From the IMG/VR virus record IMGVR_UViG_3300046171_000231, positions 1-64,000 of that record: a stretch of DNA of 64,000 nucleotides. One strand, 5' to 3'. Every line of letters begins with the position of its first letter. The first letter of the stretch is position 1. Positions 8,386 to 17,094 of the stretch are shown piece by piece. Both the position numbers and the translations under genes were made by a program. The notes beneath the pieces were generated by a model that worked only from the letters and a program-made list of their open reading frames with translations, searched no databases and was not told the DNA's origin.

Positions 8386-8865
8386 TTACCTTAAGTATAA
8401 GTATCCACCCGCCCATCCTACACATCTAGGGTCAGTTAGAAATAACATATCCTTTTTATTACAAAAGCTATATCTAATGTGTTTTGCGGGTGCTTTCCAA
8501 GATGCAGGTTTGAATACATCCCCAGTTTTTTTATCTACAAATGAGTGAACTGTAGTATCTCTCCAATAACCAGTTTTTTCGTTATACTCTTCTCTGGTCA
8601 CTTTTAAATACTTCTTACCTTCACTATATCTAAATCTGTCTAGGTTTGCTTTACCTTGCATAATTTTAACAAGTTGATTTGCTGAATAAGTGCAATCAGG
8701 GTCACGTTGTAAGTTATGCTCAAGACTTCTAATTGTGTCCTGTTTGTAATTCTCATTGAGTGCTTTACAGTAGTCATCAACGTATCTGTTTAGAAATACT
8801 TGATTTGTTCTCTCTACTGATGCTCCGATTACTTTTTCCATAGGGGTGTTTCTTTGTTTATACAT
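8386..8865 (-). CDS. hypothetical phage protein (VHSFVDKKTGDVFKPASWKAP motif); likely start at 8841
   Basis: Leader cassette ACAAAGAAACACCCCTATG precedes MEKVIG. Confidence 0.8.
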   Translation of the reverse strand: MYKQRNTPMEKVIGASVERTNQVFLNRYVDDYCKALNENYKQDTIRSLEHNLQRDPDCTYSANQLVKIMQGKANLDRFRYSEGKKYLKVTREEYNEKTGYWRDTTVHSFVDKKTGDVFKPASWKAPAKHIRYSFCNKKDMLFLTDPRCVGWAGGYLYLR

Positions 8866-8923
8866 TCATTATAGCAATAAAAAAGGGGGTTGACCACCCC
8901 CTTGTGACACTTATTCAACTGTC
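8839..8923 (-). promoter_or_regulatory. early promoter cassette with operator and nested terminator
   Basis: TGCTATAAT (-10 8868-8873); GACACT-N6-ACTGTC 8906-8923. Confidence 0.8.
8879..8901 (-). terminator. intrinsic terminator
   Basis: GGGGGT/ACCCCC stem, 5-nt loop, U6 on minus strand. Confidence 0.8.
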
Positions 8924-9354
8924 TGCTTTTTTGGGATTTCTACCTCCTTGACAATTACTCTGGTAATCTTACTATAATCTTCATTAAACTTTTGTTCGGT
9001 AGAGTATGCTACCCATCTGTCTGTGACAAACACATAAGAAAACTCTTGCCAACAATCTATTCGTGTGAACTCATCAAAGTTCTTACTTAATACTGGTTCT
9101 TCATTATCCCCACCATAATAACTAGGTTTTGGGTCAGCGATAGGTGTGAACTCTCCTGTTTCTACATTAAACTTACTATCAGAATAGCAATTACTCATAT
9201 TGCCACCATCTATAAGTTCAGTAACTTTCTCATAAGTGTTGTAGTGTTCTACAAGTTTAACACCTAATCCCTCTGGGTATCCATCAAAGTGATGATATAC
9301 TGAAAGGATTGAATCATCAGGTAATTGAATACCTATTCTTGCTCTGGTTGACAT
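8911..9354 (-). CDS. conserved phage hypothetical protein (MSTRARIGI...YHHFDGYPEGLG)
   Basis: Recognisable phage-type N-terminal motif. Confidence 0.85.
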   Translation of the reverse strand: MSTRARIGIQLPDDSILSVYHHFDGYPEGLGVKLVEHYNTYEKVTELIDGGNMSNCYSDSKFNVETGEFTPIADPKPSYYGGDNEEPVLSKNFDEFTRIDCWQEFSYVFVTDRWVAYSTEQKFNEDYSKITRVIVKEVEIPKKQTVE

Positions 9355-9376
9355 AAGAGTTGTTTGTTAATAAGGT

Positions 9377-9478
9377 GCGAGAAACAAAAATACGGACTTA
9401 CACTCAATGATTTCCCTTATCCTTTCGGAGATAGTTAGGACTTGCACCTAACCCATTGGATGCCGATTTTGTTTCCCC
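9377..9478 (-). ncRNA. candidate structured RNA / cis-element with T-loop-like hairpin
   Basis: Closing stem GAAACAAAA/TTTTGTTTC; CGG/CCG; CAATG/CATTG; GTTAGG-TGCAAGT-CCTAAC; TCC-GAAA-GGA. Confidence 0.6.
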
Positions 9479-9482
9479 ACTA

Positions 9483-10040
9483 TTAATATAGCACTTCTAC
9501 AAGAGGATTCAACTTCTCTTGTGACACTTCAATTACTGGCATATAAAGGGTTCCATATTTACCGAATATTCGTCTAAACTTACCAAGTCTATCGCCAAGA
9601 TAAACTATTGCTGATTGAAATGGAGCTGCACCTTTTCCATTTCCAAATTTTAATCTTTTATTAATTGCTAGAAATGGATAGGTTGATATTGACTTCCACC
9701 ATCTTGTCGATACATCCATCTTAATCAACAGGACTAACTCTTTTGCGTGTCCTAGTTGATACTGTGATACTGCATAGGGTATCCACTCTTTACTATTACT
9801 ATATGGATGATTCATAAACACACTCTCGGCAACCCAATTTTGTGCTAAACCATTTATTTTCTCGTCAAAAAGTTTTTTAGCGGGTACATTGGGATTCTCG
9901 ATGTCATTACAACAGGGGTCTAAATCTAGTTTGTTATCGAAAAATTCTAGTACATCCCCTACAAACTCTGGTGGGGTGTTCCAACAATCAGTTCGAGTTC
10001 CTGTTGTTGCTGTTAAAGCTTTTAATGCTGTTGATGCCAT
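9483..10040 (-). CDS. phage Dam-like N6-adenine DNA methyltransferase (orphan)
   Basis: DCWNTP, LDLDPC and FMNHPY (NPPY variant) motifs. Confidence 0.8.
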   Translation of the reverse strand: MASTALKALTATTGTRTDCWNTPPEFVGDVLEFFDNKLDLDPCCNDIENPNVPAKKLFDEKINGLAQNWVAESVFMNHPYSNSKEWIPYAVSQYQLGHAKELVLLIKMDVSTRWWKSISTYPFLAINKRLKFGNGKGAAPFQSAIVYLGDRLGKFRRIFGKYGTLYMPVIEVSQEKLNPLVEVLY

Positions 10041-10046
10041 ACAGAT

Positions 10047-10075
10047 ATTATATCACACTTTCGGTATAATGTCCA
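10047..10075 (-). promoter_or_regulatory. sigma70 promoter TGGACA-17-TATAAT, extended -10, probably leaderless
   Basis: -10 10047-10052, -35 10070-10075, ATG at 10040. Confidence 0.7.
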
Positions 10076-10104
10076 CACTAAATATTTACAGTTCGGTTAT
10101 CCGT

Positions 10105-10347
10105 ATGAAATTAATTGATGGTTGCCACTCTTTAAAACTAGAATGTGCATTAAGGGAATTAGGTTTTGTAGATGTTGGTTGGAAATGTGTTGCCAACGCA
10201 GGTATATTTCTAGTTTTGCCTTTCGGTTTACCCGAAAAACCAGAGGGGGATTTGCTCGGATTTCAAGTTGTTAAATCTAGTAGGGTAATAAGATTATCCG
10301 AGAGTGCCAAAAAAGCTTTGGACTTTGCTATTGAAATGTCTGGTTAG
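10105..10347 (+). CDS. hypothetical protein (MKLIDGCHSLKLE..., 80 aa) behind a late-type TAAATA
   Basis: CTAAATA at 10078-10084; ATG at 10105; fills the gap between minus-strand genes. Confidence 0.6.
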   Translation: MKLIDGCHSLKLECALRELGFVDVGWKCVANAGIFLVLPFGLPEKPEGDLLGFQVVKSSRVIRLSESAKKALDFAIEMSG

Positions 10348-10571
10348 TCGTCATACACTAGACACTCTGGTTCATCAGGGTGCAAGTCGCAAAATAATTC
10401 TAGAGCATTTGGGTCGTGATGGTCGCCAGCTTTTATCTCTTCTGTGTGATGTCCGACATACTCTTGTAGTTCTTGAAGTTCCTCTTTGTAGTGTCTTCTA
10501 GCTGCTGAAGATACTGTTGGGTCTTCAATCTTCTTTTTATCGAACTCGATATGGTCTTCTATTGATTTCAT
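10344..10571 (-). CDS. cp12: CP12 Calvin-cycle inhibitor (cyanophage AMG)
   Basis: C-terminal LELFCDLHPDEPECLVYDD CP12 signature. Confidence 0.9.
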   Translation of the reverse strand: MKSIEDHIEFDKKKIEDPTVSSAARRHYKEELQELQEYVGHHTEEIKAGDHHDPNALELFCDLHPDEPECLVYDD

Positions 10572-10619
10572 AATGTGTTTTTCGTTTGTGTTAATACTAT
10601 TTAGGTTTTTAATGTTATT

Positions 10620-10796
10620 TTAATGTTCGGTCAAATCCCAATGCCATCTGATAGATTTGATAAAATCAAAGGTATCATCCATATAACTTCTATCATTATT
10701 GTCATATTTCCATTCACACAAGTAATTTCTCATTTCCTGTAGTGTCTGGAAATCTCCCTTATGGTCATAATTTTCGTCATACAAATGATACTTCAT
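10620..10796 (-). CDS. small hypothetical protein (58 aa, MKYHLYDENY...)
   Basis: Read manually; tiles after the 10799 stop. Confidence 0.65.
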   Translation of the reverse strand: MKYHLYDENYDHKGDFQTLQEMRNYLCEWKYDNNDRSYMDDTFDFIKSIRWHWDLTEH

Positions 10797-10798
10797 AA

Positions 10799-11032
10799 CT
10801 ATGGTAAATCGTGATTGAAAAATGTACCAAACATACCACTATCCCCATCCTTCCTCTGTTCTATTTGGTCTAAGACTTCACTTGCATCAATTACATTTTC
10901 AATCTGTGCTATCATATCAGCAATATTTTTACTGATAAATGGTTTCTCTGTTCTGGCTGCACACGCAAGAGCATTTTTTAAATCTTCTTGTGCATCCCTT
11001 AAAGATGACTTGACAGTTTCAGATAATGCCAT
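10799..11032 (-). CDS. hypothetical cyanophage protein (77 aa)
   Basis: TAATG overlap. Confidence 0.75.
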   Translation of the reverse strand: MALSETVKSSLRDAQEDLKNALACAARTEKPFISKNIADMIAQIENVIDASEVLDQIEQRKDGDSGMFGTFFNHDLP

Positions 11033-11418
11033 TATGCTTTAACCCATCCTGTATCGGTCAGTTGATAACCATTTGCTATCAACTCATCTTCATCTAACAA
11101 CCCTGTATTCTCTGGTTCAGTTTGTACCTTACCACTATCTGGTAATTCAGTATAATCTATCCATTTTTTCGGGTCTGTAAGATAATCATCATCCAACGCA
11201 CCCGCATTGATTTCAACTACATTGTTTTTCTTGTCCACACCATATAATAAATCCAAGACTTCCTTACTGTGCCTTGCACATACACGATGGTATTGTGAAT
11301 TTCTTTTCAATGTCAACATAATACAATCCAGTATATCCTGTGGGGATTCAACTGTGAGTGCATCCTCGATAGAGTCCTTTAAATTATTAAGTGATGGGCT
11401 AGAAAATTCGTCTATCAT
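11032..11418 (-). CDS. hypothetical protein (128 aa)
   Basis: ORF tiling. Confidence 0.75.
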   Translation of the reverse strand: MIDEFSSPSLNNLKDSIEDALTVESPQDILDCIMLTLKRNSQYHRVCARHSKEVLDLLYGVDKKNNVVEINAGALDDDYLTDPKKWIDYTELPDSGKVQTEPENTGLLDEDELIANGYQLTDTGWVKA

Positions 11419-11729
11419 TTGTTCTTATCCAAGTGAATTGCTTTCTCCATGATACCTTGAATTTCTTTGGATGTCAAGTTGTTCATCCAACTCCATTCGG
11501 GGTCTTGTTTATCCCATTCGACAGTAAAACTACCGTCTTTATTTTGATTGATTTTCAGAGATTGGTTGCTCATTACTGGAAAGTTTTAAAGTTCGTTTAA
11601 TTAGTCTTGCGTATTTCACTTCCGTATCGGTATATAATTCTGGGTTTGCTTTTGCTCTCTTAATCAATATCTTTGCTGCCTTCTTATCCTTCATCAAGTT
11701 TTAAGTTATATTAAGAATTATTTAGTATA

Positions 11730-12050
11730 TCAGGAATTAAAGATATTCTTGATGTCTCCTGATACCGATGAACTATCCTTTTTAATCTTAACTCTTGTCT
11801 TAAATCTATCATCGTGTTCTGATAATCTCATCTGAACATTTATCATTTCATCCTGTAATCTTTCTATCCTTTCATTCTGAGATTGTATAATTTCTTCCAT
11901 CATATATTGTTCCCCACTCATAGGGTCTTTCACTCTAACTTCAAACTGTTCTTCTGGTGTTAGTCTATTTCTGTATGGATATAACCAATCAGCAATTTCG
12001 TCTGCGACCATCCACGCAAACTCTCTAATTTTAAATAATACTTTCATCAT
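11730..12050 (-). CDS. hypothetical coiled-coil protein (106 aa)
   Basis: ORF tiling. Confidence 0.7.
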   Translation of the reverse strand: MMKVLFKIREFAWMVADEIADWLYPYRNRLTPEEQFEVRVKDPMSGEQYMMEEIIQSQNERIERLQDEMINVQMRLSEHDDRFKTRVKIKKDSSSVSGDIKNIFNS

Positions 12051-12207
12051 CTATCCCCATAATTGACATAATTGATAGTAGTGTATCATAAGGTATCCAA
12101 GCAGGCTCCTCATCGCCAAATCTAACTTCGACTTCCTTAATATTTTTCTGGTAAAATCTGCTATAAACAGTTCTTACGTTTTGAACGTATCTCAAAGGAC
12201 TAAACAT
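12031..12207 (-). CDS. hypothetical protein (MFSPLRY...)
   Basis: The TTG at 12225 lies in the -10 box, so the downstream ATG is preferred. Confidence 0.6.
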   Translation of the reverse strand: MFSPLRYVQNVRTVYSRFYQKNIKEVEVRFGDEEPAWIPYDTLLSIMSIMGIDDESII

Positions 12208-12224
12208 AATATATTGTTTCTCCA

Positions 12225-12259
12225 ATTATAAACCCCCTGACTTAAAAAGTCAAGGGGTT
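12225..12259 (-). promoter_or_regulatory. sigma70 promoter TTGACT-17-TATAAT with -35 inside an inverted repeat
   Basis: -10 12225-12230; -35 12248-12253; AACCCCCTGACTT/AAGTCAAGGGGTT arms. Confidence 0.75.
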
Positions 12260-12327
12260 GTTTTTTATTCTATTTTACTTAAGGTGGATGGTAGAATTGA
12301 TACATTTGCTAACTCGGTAAACTACAA

Positions 12328-12471
12328 TTAACGAATTAAAACCTCCTTACATATTCTCTTACATTCTGATTGTCTATCATCACATTCGATTAAGCACTCG
12401 TAATATTCTGTGATTAAATCGTTATCATCATTATAACCGTTGAGTTGATTTAGTGGAATTAAGTTGTGCAT
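12328..12471 (-). CDS. small Cys-rich protein (47 aa, ...YYECLIECDDRQSECKRICKEVL), cyanobacterial-type
   Basis: Read manually; CxxxC-x6-CxxxC pattern. Confidence 0.7.
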   Translation of the reverse strand: MHNLIPLNQLNGYNDDNDLITEYYECLIECDDRQSECKRICKEVLIR

Positions 12472-12624
12472 TTTATCGAATAATAGTTGAATATTTGAAC
12501 CATAATACAGGAGTTTTAGTGCATCTTGTTTTCTCCAACTCTATACTATTATGTATGCAAATCCACACCGTATTTTCCGATACAATTTAACAAAAATTTA
12601 TGCCTACGCACATATACCTAGTGT

Positions 12625-12924
12625 CTAATCTCTTTGTCTCCAATCGTCTGACCTGTCAGGTTTGAACCAATCAACAATCTCATCTGGACTATTAAAACCC
12701 CTTTTGTGATTACTTGAATCGGGGTCTCCAATATTCAAGTTATTCAAAAAAGAATCATTCGGATTCCTTGATATTTTCCTTGCTTTGTTTAACATTCCTC
12801 TAGCACTTGTATTCGCCTTTCCCAATTTGTTTGCCCATATCATATCTTCTAATGAAACTTCTGTTCCCGAAGCAATGTCCTTGCAAATAGCTTCTAATCT
12901 TAGTCGGTATTGGGTAGATAACAT
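12625..12924 (-). CDS. conserved cyanophage hypothetical protein (99 aa)
   Basis: MLSTQYRLRLEAICKDI...DWRQRD. Confidence 0.8.
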   Translation of the reverse strand: MLSTQYRLRLEAICKDIASGTEVSLEDMIWANKLGKANTSARGMLNKARKISRNPNDSFLNNLNIGDPDSSNHKRGFNSPDEIVDWFKPDRSDDWRQRD

Positions 12925-13043
12925 AAGGTAATTTTATAGTTCACATTATTTATTTTAATAGATTTACCCTAGTATTAATGTATTAGTATGAACACATTAC
13001 CGCCATTTTGTAAATGGTTTTGTATCAACAGCAATCCTATCTT

Positions 13044-13316
13044 TCACTTCATCCTATCTTTCACTTCAATTAACTTTGCTGTCTCTAATTCATCACTCTC
13101 ATCTGCATAGGTATGATGTGTGACTTCCTTCAATGTTTTAAGGTATTCTAAAACGTGTTCTCTTATTTCCATCAGGTCATCATAACAACCTTGATTATAT
13201 GCACAACCACGCAAATCAGCATCAGGTTTCATTACTGACTCCGTAAATAAATCCAACGCTCGCTGATATTTTTCAGCAGAAGTTTCATTCTTATCAGATG
13301 AGTTTTGATCGTGCAT
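13044..13316 (-). CDS. hypothetical protein (90 aa)
   Basis: ORF tiling. Confidence 0.75.
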   Translation of the reverse strand: MHDQNSSDKNETSAEKYQRALDLFTESVMKPDADLRGCAYNQGCYDDLMEIREHVLEYLKTLKEVTHHTYADESDELETAKLIEVKDRMK

Positions 13317-13548
13317 TTTTCTTCTCCTTTTTAATTCCTTTTTGTATGTATATCATAGCACATTCAAAATTCTTTGAGAAGTGTTCAATGATACCATTAT
13401 GAACAATGGCAAATTTTCTTCCATCAGACGGAACTGCAGCCCACGAACCATCCTTTGTTACATAACCAGTTGGTTGACCAACTTTGGCATCTAACAAAGA
13501 GGGGAGTGTGGTAGGGTAAAAAGTTTGATAATTAACTTTTCTTGCCAT
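13294..13548 (-). CDS. hypothetical protein (84 aa)
   Basis: ORF tiling. Confidence 0.7.
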   Translation of the reverse strand: MARKVNYQTFYPTTLPSLLDAKVGQPTGYVTKDGSWAAVPSDGRKFAIVHNGIIEHFSKNFECAMIYIQKGIKKEKKNARSKLI

Positions 13549-13812
13549 TAATATACTGCTGTTACACTTATAATCCTAGCGTTAGGATTTCTTGCAAGTG
13601 CTACTTGTCTTGCTTCCTGATAGTCAACTGCTCTAACTTCTTCGTTGAACACTTGACCTGCAACATACAGTTGTACTTTAACTCTCATTAGAATAATCTC
13701 CCTTTAGTTACGAAATTTACGATTGCCATTGATGAACCAATACAAAATGTCATCAATGCAAATGTGAGTACGAATCCTTCAATCATTTGTCTTTCTTTTG
13801 TTTACTCTTCTA

Positions 13813-14775
13813 TTATATAATATCTAAGATGTTAATGCAAGTCTCTTGTGCCACTTCTTGAACTGGTTTATATTCTTGCACTCTCTTCTGAATTAAGTTA
13901 CCATAATCTTCGTGTAGTTCGCACCCAATATAATCTCTGCCAAGTGCCTTTGCGACTGCAGCTGTAGTTCCAGAACCCATAAAAGGGTCAAGTATTATAT
14001 CTCCTATCTCACTCCCTGCAAGTATGCAAGGTTCAATCAAGTCAGGTGGATATGTAGCAAAATGAGCTTCACGATATGGTTTATTTGTTACTGTCCAGAC
14101 AGAGCGTTTATTCTTTGTTGGATATGATTTTGTAAGTCCGCTATGTGGTTGGAGTCCTGTTCCTTCGTTGTGATATTTTCCATTTGTTCTGTCTCTTGTT
14201 CCCCAATCTTTTGCGGGTTCTTTGATTGCTTCATTATTGTAGTAATACTTTTTGTTTTTACTGAATAAAAATATATATTCGTGTGCCTTCGTACACCTGT
14301 CTCTCACACTTTCTGGCATTGGATTTGGTTTATGCCATATTATATCTTGACGTAAATGCCATCCATCATTTCTCATTGCAAATGCGAACATCCACGGAAT
14401 ACCTATCAAATCCTTTTCTTTAAGTCCTTCTAATTTATTTGCTCTCTTCGCACATTTATCTGGTAGGTCTTGTTTCGTTTTAGATACTGATTGTTTGACA
14501 AGTGCTTGACCTTTACCAGGTCGATAGTTATAGTAACTATCCCCAAGATTAACCCAACAAGTTCCATCATCAGTAAGAACATTTTTTACCTCTCGGAATA
14601 CTGATACTAATTGTTCAATAAATTCCTCTGGAGTTTGTTCCTGACCGATTTGTTTATCCTCTCCACCATAATCTCTAAGTCCATAATAAGGTGGGGATGT
14701 GATGCAAGTCCTTGCCTGTTCATCAAACTCTTTGAGTGTCTCACGACAATCTCCAAATAAAATTGTGTCTCTCAT
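13813..14775 (-). CDS. beta-class N4-cytosine/N6-adenine DNA methyltransferase
   Basis: TSPPY catalytic motif near N-terminus, DPFMGSGTT SAM motif near C-terminus. Confidence 0.92.
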   Translation of the reverse strand: MRDTILFGDCRETLKEFDEQARTCITSPPYYGLRDYGGEDKQIGQEQTPEEFIEQLVSVFREVKNVLTDDGTCWVNLGDSYYNYRPGKGQALVKQSVSKTKQDLPDKCAKRANKLEGLKEKDLIGIPWMFAFAMRNDGWHLRQDIIWHKPNPMPESVRDRCTKAHEYIFLFSKNKKYYYNNEAIKEPAKDWGTRDRTNGKYHNEGTGLQPHSGLTKSYPTKNKRSVWTVTNKPYREAHFATYPPDLIEPCILAGSEIGDIILDPFMGSGTTAAVAKALGRDYIGCELHEDYGNLIQKRVQEYKPVQEVAQETCINILDII

Positions 14776-15458
14776 TTAATAATCTCCTTAACAAATAATT
14801 TGTCCAAATGACTACCTTTCATACGAAATGCTGTTCCTCTGTCTCTAATACTCAAACCTTTATTATACTGTGTATAGAACCTAAAGTCAATGGATATAAT
14901 ATCATCTATAATTAACTGTTTGAACAGTTCTTTACTGGTTCCTGTAAGAATATATGCTTCGTTGAACCAGAAGTATATTTTATCTCCTTCTCTTTTTTCT
15001 TCTCCATATACTTTAATAGCTCTAGGAAATTTCTTGACAAACTGTGATGTTAGTGATTTCCAAGACCATTGACATAATATAGTATCATTCAATCTAACAT
15101 ACAATTTATCTGTTGTGTCTAACCATAGTTGTCTTTTATTTGGTGTTCTAGTTATTGTGGATTGTATTGTCTTTTCTCCTTTGTGTGTTGCGTGTTCCCA
15201 TCCATAATCATTTACTACCCTCTTTTGTGGTATTATCCACTCAGGAGATTTGTTGAACAAGGTCATTTTTGATTTTGTTCGCTTACTCTGAACTTTTATC
15301 TCATGCCCATCTATATCAGGAGCATCTATATTGTTCTCAGTTAAACCAAGTAAATCTTCAAAGGTATTACCAAATTTACCATCGCCTTTTCTTGTAATTT
15401 CAATAAAACCCTCTGATTTAATTTGTTTGTATCTTGGTATAAATTCTTGTATGTTCAT
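14772..15458 (-). CDS. MvaI/BcnI-family restriction endonuclease
   Basis: GxxFExLLGxxENNxxxPD-x4-EIK...TLF signature; ATGA overlap with MTase. Confidence 0.8.
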   Translation of the reverse strand: MNIQEFIPRYKQIKSEGFIEITRKGDGKFGNTFEDLLGLTENNIDAPDIDGHEIKVQSKRTKSKMTLFNKSPEWIIPQKRVVNDYGWEHATHKGEKTIQSTITRTPNKRQLWLDTTDKLYVRLNDTILCQWSWKSLTSQFVKKFPRAIKVYGEEKREGDKIYFWFNEAYILTGTSKELFKQLIIDDIISIDFRFYTQYNKGLSIRDRGTAFRMKGSHLDKLFVKEIIK

Positions 15459-15459
15459 A

Positions 15460-15897
15460 TTACCTCTTCAAAAACTCATTTAAAATCCAACTACTACTAT
15501 TCATCTTATTATCGCCACCGACACCCCACTCAAAGACAACTCTTTCATTATCTTTAAATTTAAGATATTCTGGAACATTGGTGTCAACTCTATCTCCTCC
15601 ATTACAGAATATCACTCTATCATACATTTGTAAACACTTATGGATTGCCATACAAGATGTATTATCTGTATCATCATAAGTAATCGTCAAGTCAACTGGT
15701 TTAAGTTCTTTGACTATTAATCTTCTTTCTGCCATTGGTAAGAAATACTTTCCTTTCTTACGAATTAACCACTCATCAGAATTTAAACCGACACACAATG
15801 GTACGCTAGGGTTAAACTCTTTAGCATCCCTAAAATATGCGATGTGACCACTATGTATGGGGTCAAATCCACCTGTAACTAAAATAATTGCACTCAT
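15460..15897 (-). CDS. cytidylyltransferase-like (HIGH superfamily) protein
   Basis: TGGFDPIHSGH, GLNSD, NGGDR, SSS motifs. Confidence 0.88.
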   Translation of the reverse strand: MSAIILVTGGFDPIHSGHIAYFRDAKEFNPSVPLCVGLNSDEWLIRKKGKYFLPMAERRLIVKELKPVDLTITYDDTDNTSCMAIHKCLQMYDRVIFCNGGDRVDTNVPEYLKFKDNERVVFEWGVGGDNKMNSSSWILNEFLKR

Positions 15898-17073
15898 CTT
15901 GTAATAACTGTTGTAGCTGCTTGACCTTTGTTGAAGATAGTATCGACTACTGCTTCAACCTTTCTTGCGGTAGTAATACCAACATTAGAGTAAACTGGTA
16001 CGCATACAAGACCGAATACTTTGTCTGCATTACCCTTACGAATAACCCTACCAATAGTCTGACTAATACCTATGTAATCCATAGAACGCATAAACAATAC
16101 TGCTTCAAGTCCATTGACATTGATACCCTCTGAGAGTATGCTGTGATGAAGTACAACAAACTTCTTTCCGTTTCTACCCCACTCATTAAGAGTGTTAAAG
16201 AAAGTCTCTCTATCGACCTTCTCCCCATCAATCATAGCACCTGTCTTTGCTGTGATAAACATATAAGAGTAACCACGAATTGCTAACTGTTGTACGAAAT
16301 CAGTTTGAGAAATAAGTGAAACAATTTGTCTTGTTGACTTGGCACAAATTAATACTTTGTCCTTGTCAAGATTATCTATAGCACCAATCATTTGCTCATT
16401 ATCTCTGTCTGCAACTAACTCATCTTTCTTGAGTATTCTTGAACGATACACCTTAACTTTAGGTGGTAAAATATAACCTTGCTTGACTAACTTTGGTGCA
16501 GGTACTTGACATATCACACCACCATAAACCTCTGTCCAGTTCATACCTGGTCTTTACAGAGTCCTAGAGTGCTTTGGTGTTGCTGTAAAGAAGTAGCATC
16601 TATCAGCATACTGATGAGAAGTAATCAGTAGCAGGGTAAAAGTTTTTCTGTACTGAGTTGTGTGCTTCATCAAAGTAGATAGTATCAACATTGATACCAC
16701 TCTCTTCAATCCTGTGTAGTGAATGATAAGTTGTAAATATAATTCTTCTGCCACCCAAGTTCTGCTCAACAAACTGCTGTATTTGAAATGGATTAGTGCT
16801 ACTGAACACACCTTTGATTTTACCACTATGAACGTGCATTACATCTACATCATTGTACTTCTCATCAATGATTTCCATAAATTCGTGTGATAGTTGCTCT
16901 GCAAGTAGTATGCGTGGTGCAACTACAACAATCGTGCCATAATCTTCCAACTGCTTGACAGCATCCATAATCATACAGATGGTCTTACCACCACCAGTAG
17001 GAACAATGACTTGTCCTTTGTCATTGTCTAACATTGATTGGATTGCTTGCTCTTGATGGGGTCTTAGTTGCAT
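15894..17073 (-). CDS. SF2 (DEAD/H-like) helicase, broken by a frameshift (~16625) and an in-frame stop (16554)
   Basis: LRPHQ, PTGGGKT, DEAH, FTATP, LSEGIN, QTIGRVIR motifs spread over three ORF pieces. Confidence 0.85.
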
Positions 17074-17094
17074 TAGTGTTCTTTAGATGTCTTT

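Noticed and set aside
9377-9478. tRNA gene
   Set aside because: T-arm-like hairpin only; no acceptor/D/anticodon cloverleaf and no CCA. Kept as an ncRNA candidate
16545-16630. Programmed frameshift or stop-codon readthrough in the helicase
   Set aside because: No slippery heptamer or downstream structure; compensating single-base errors explain it, as elsewhere in the window
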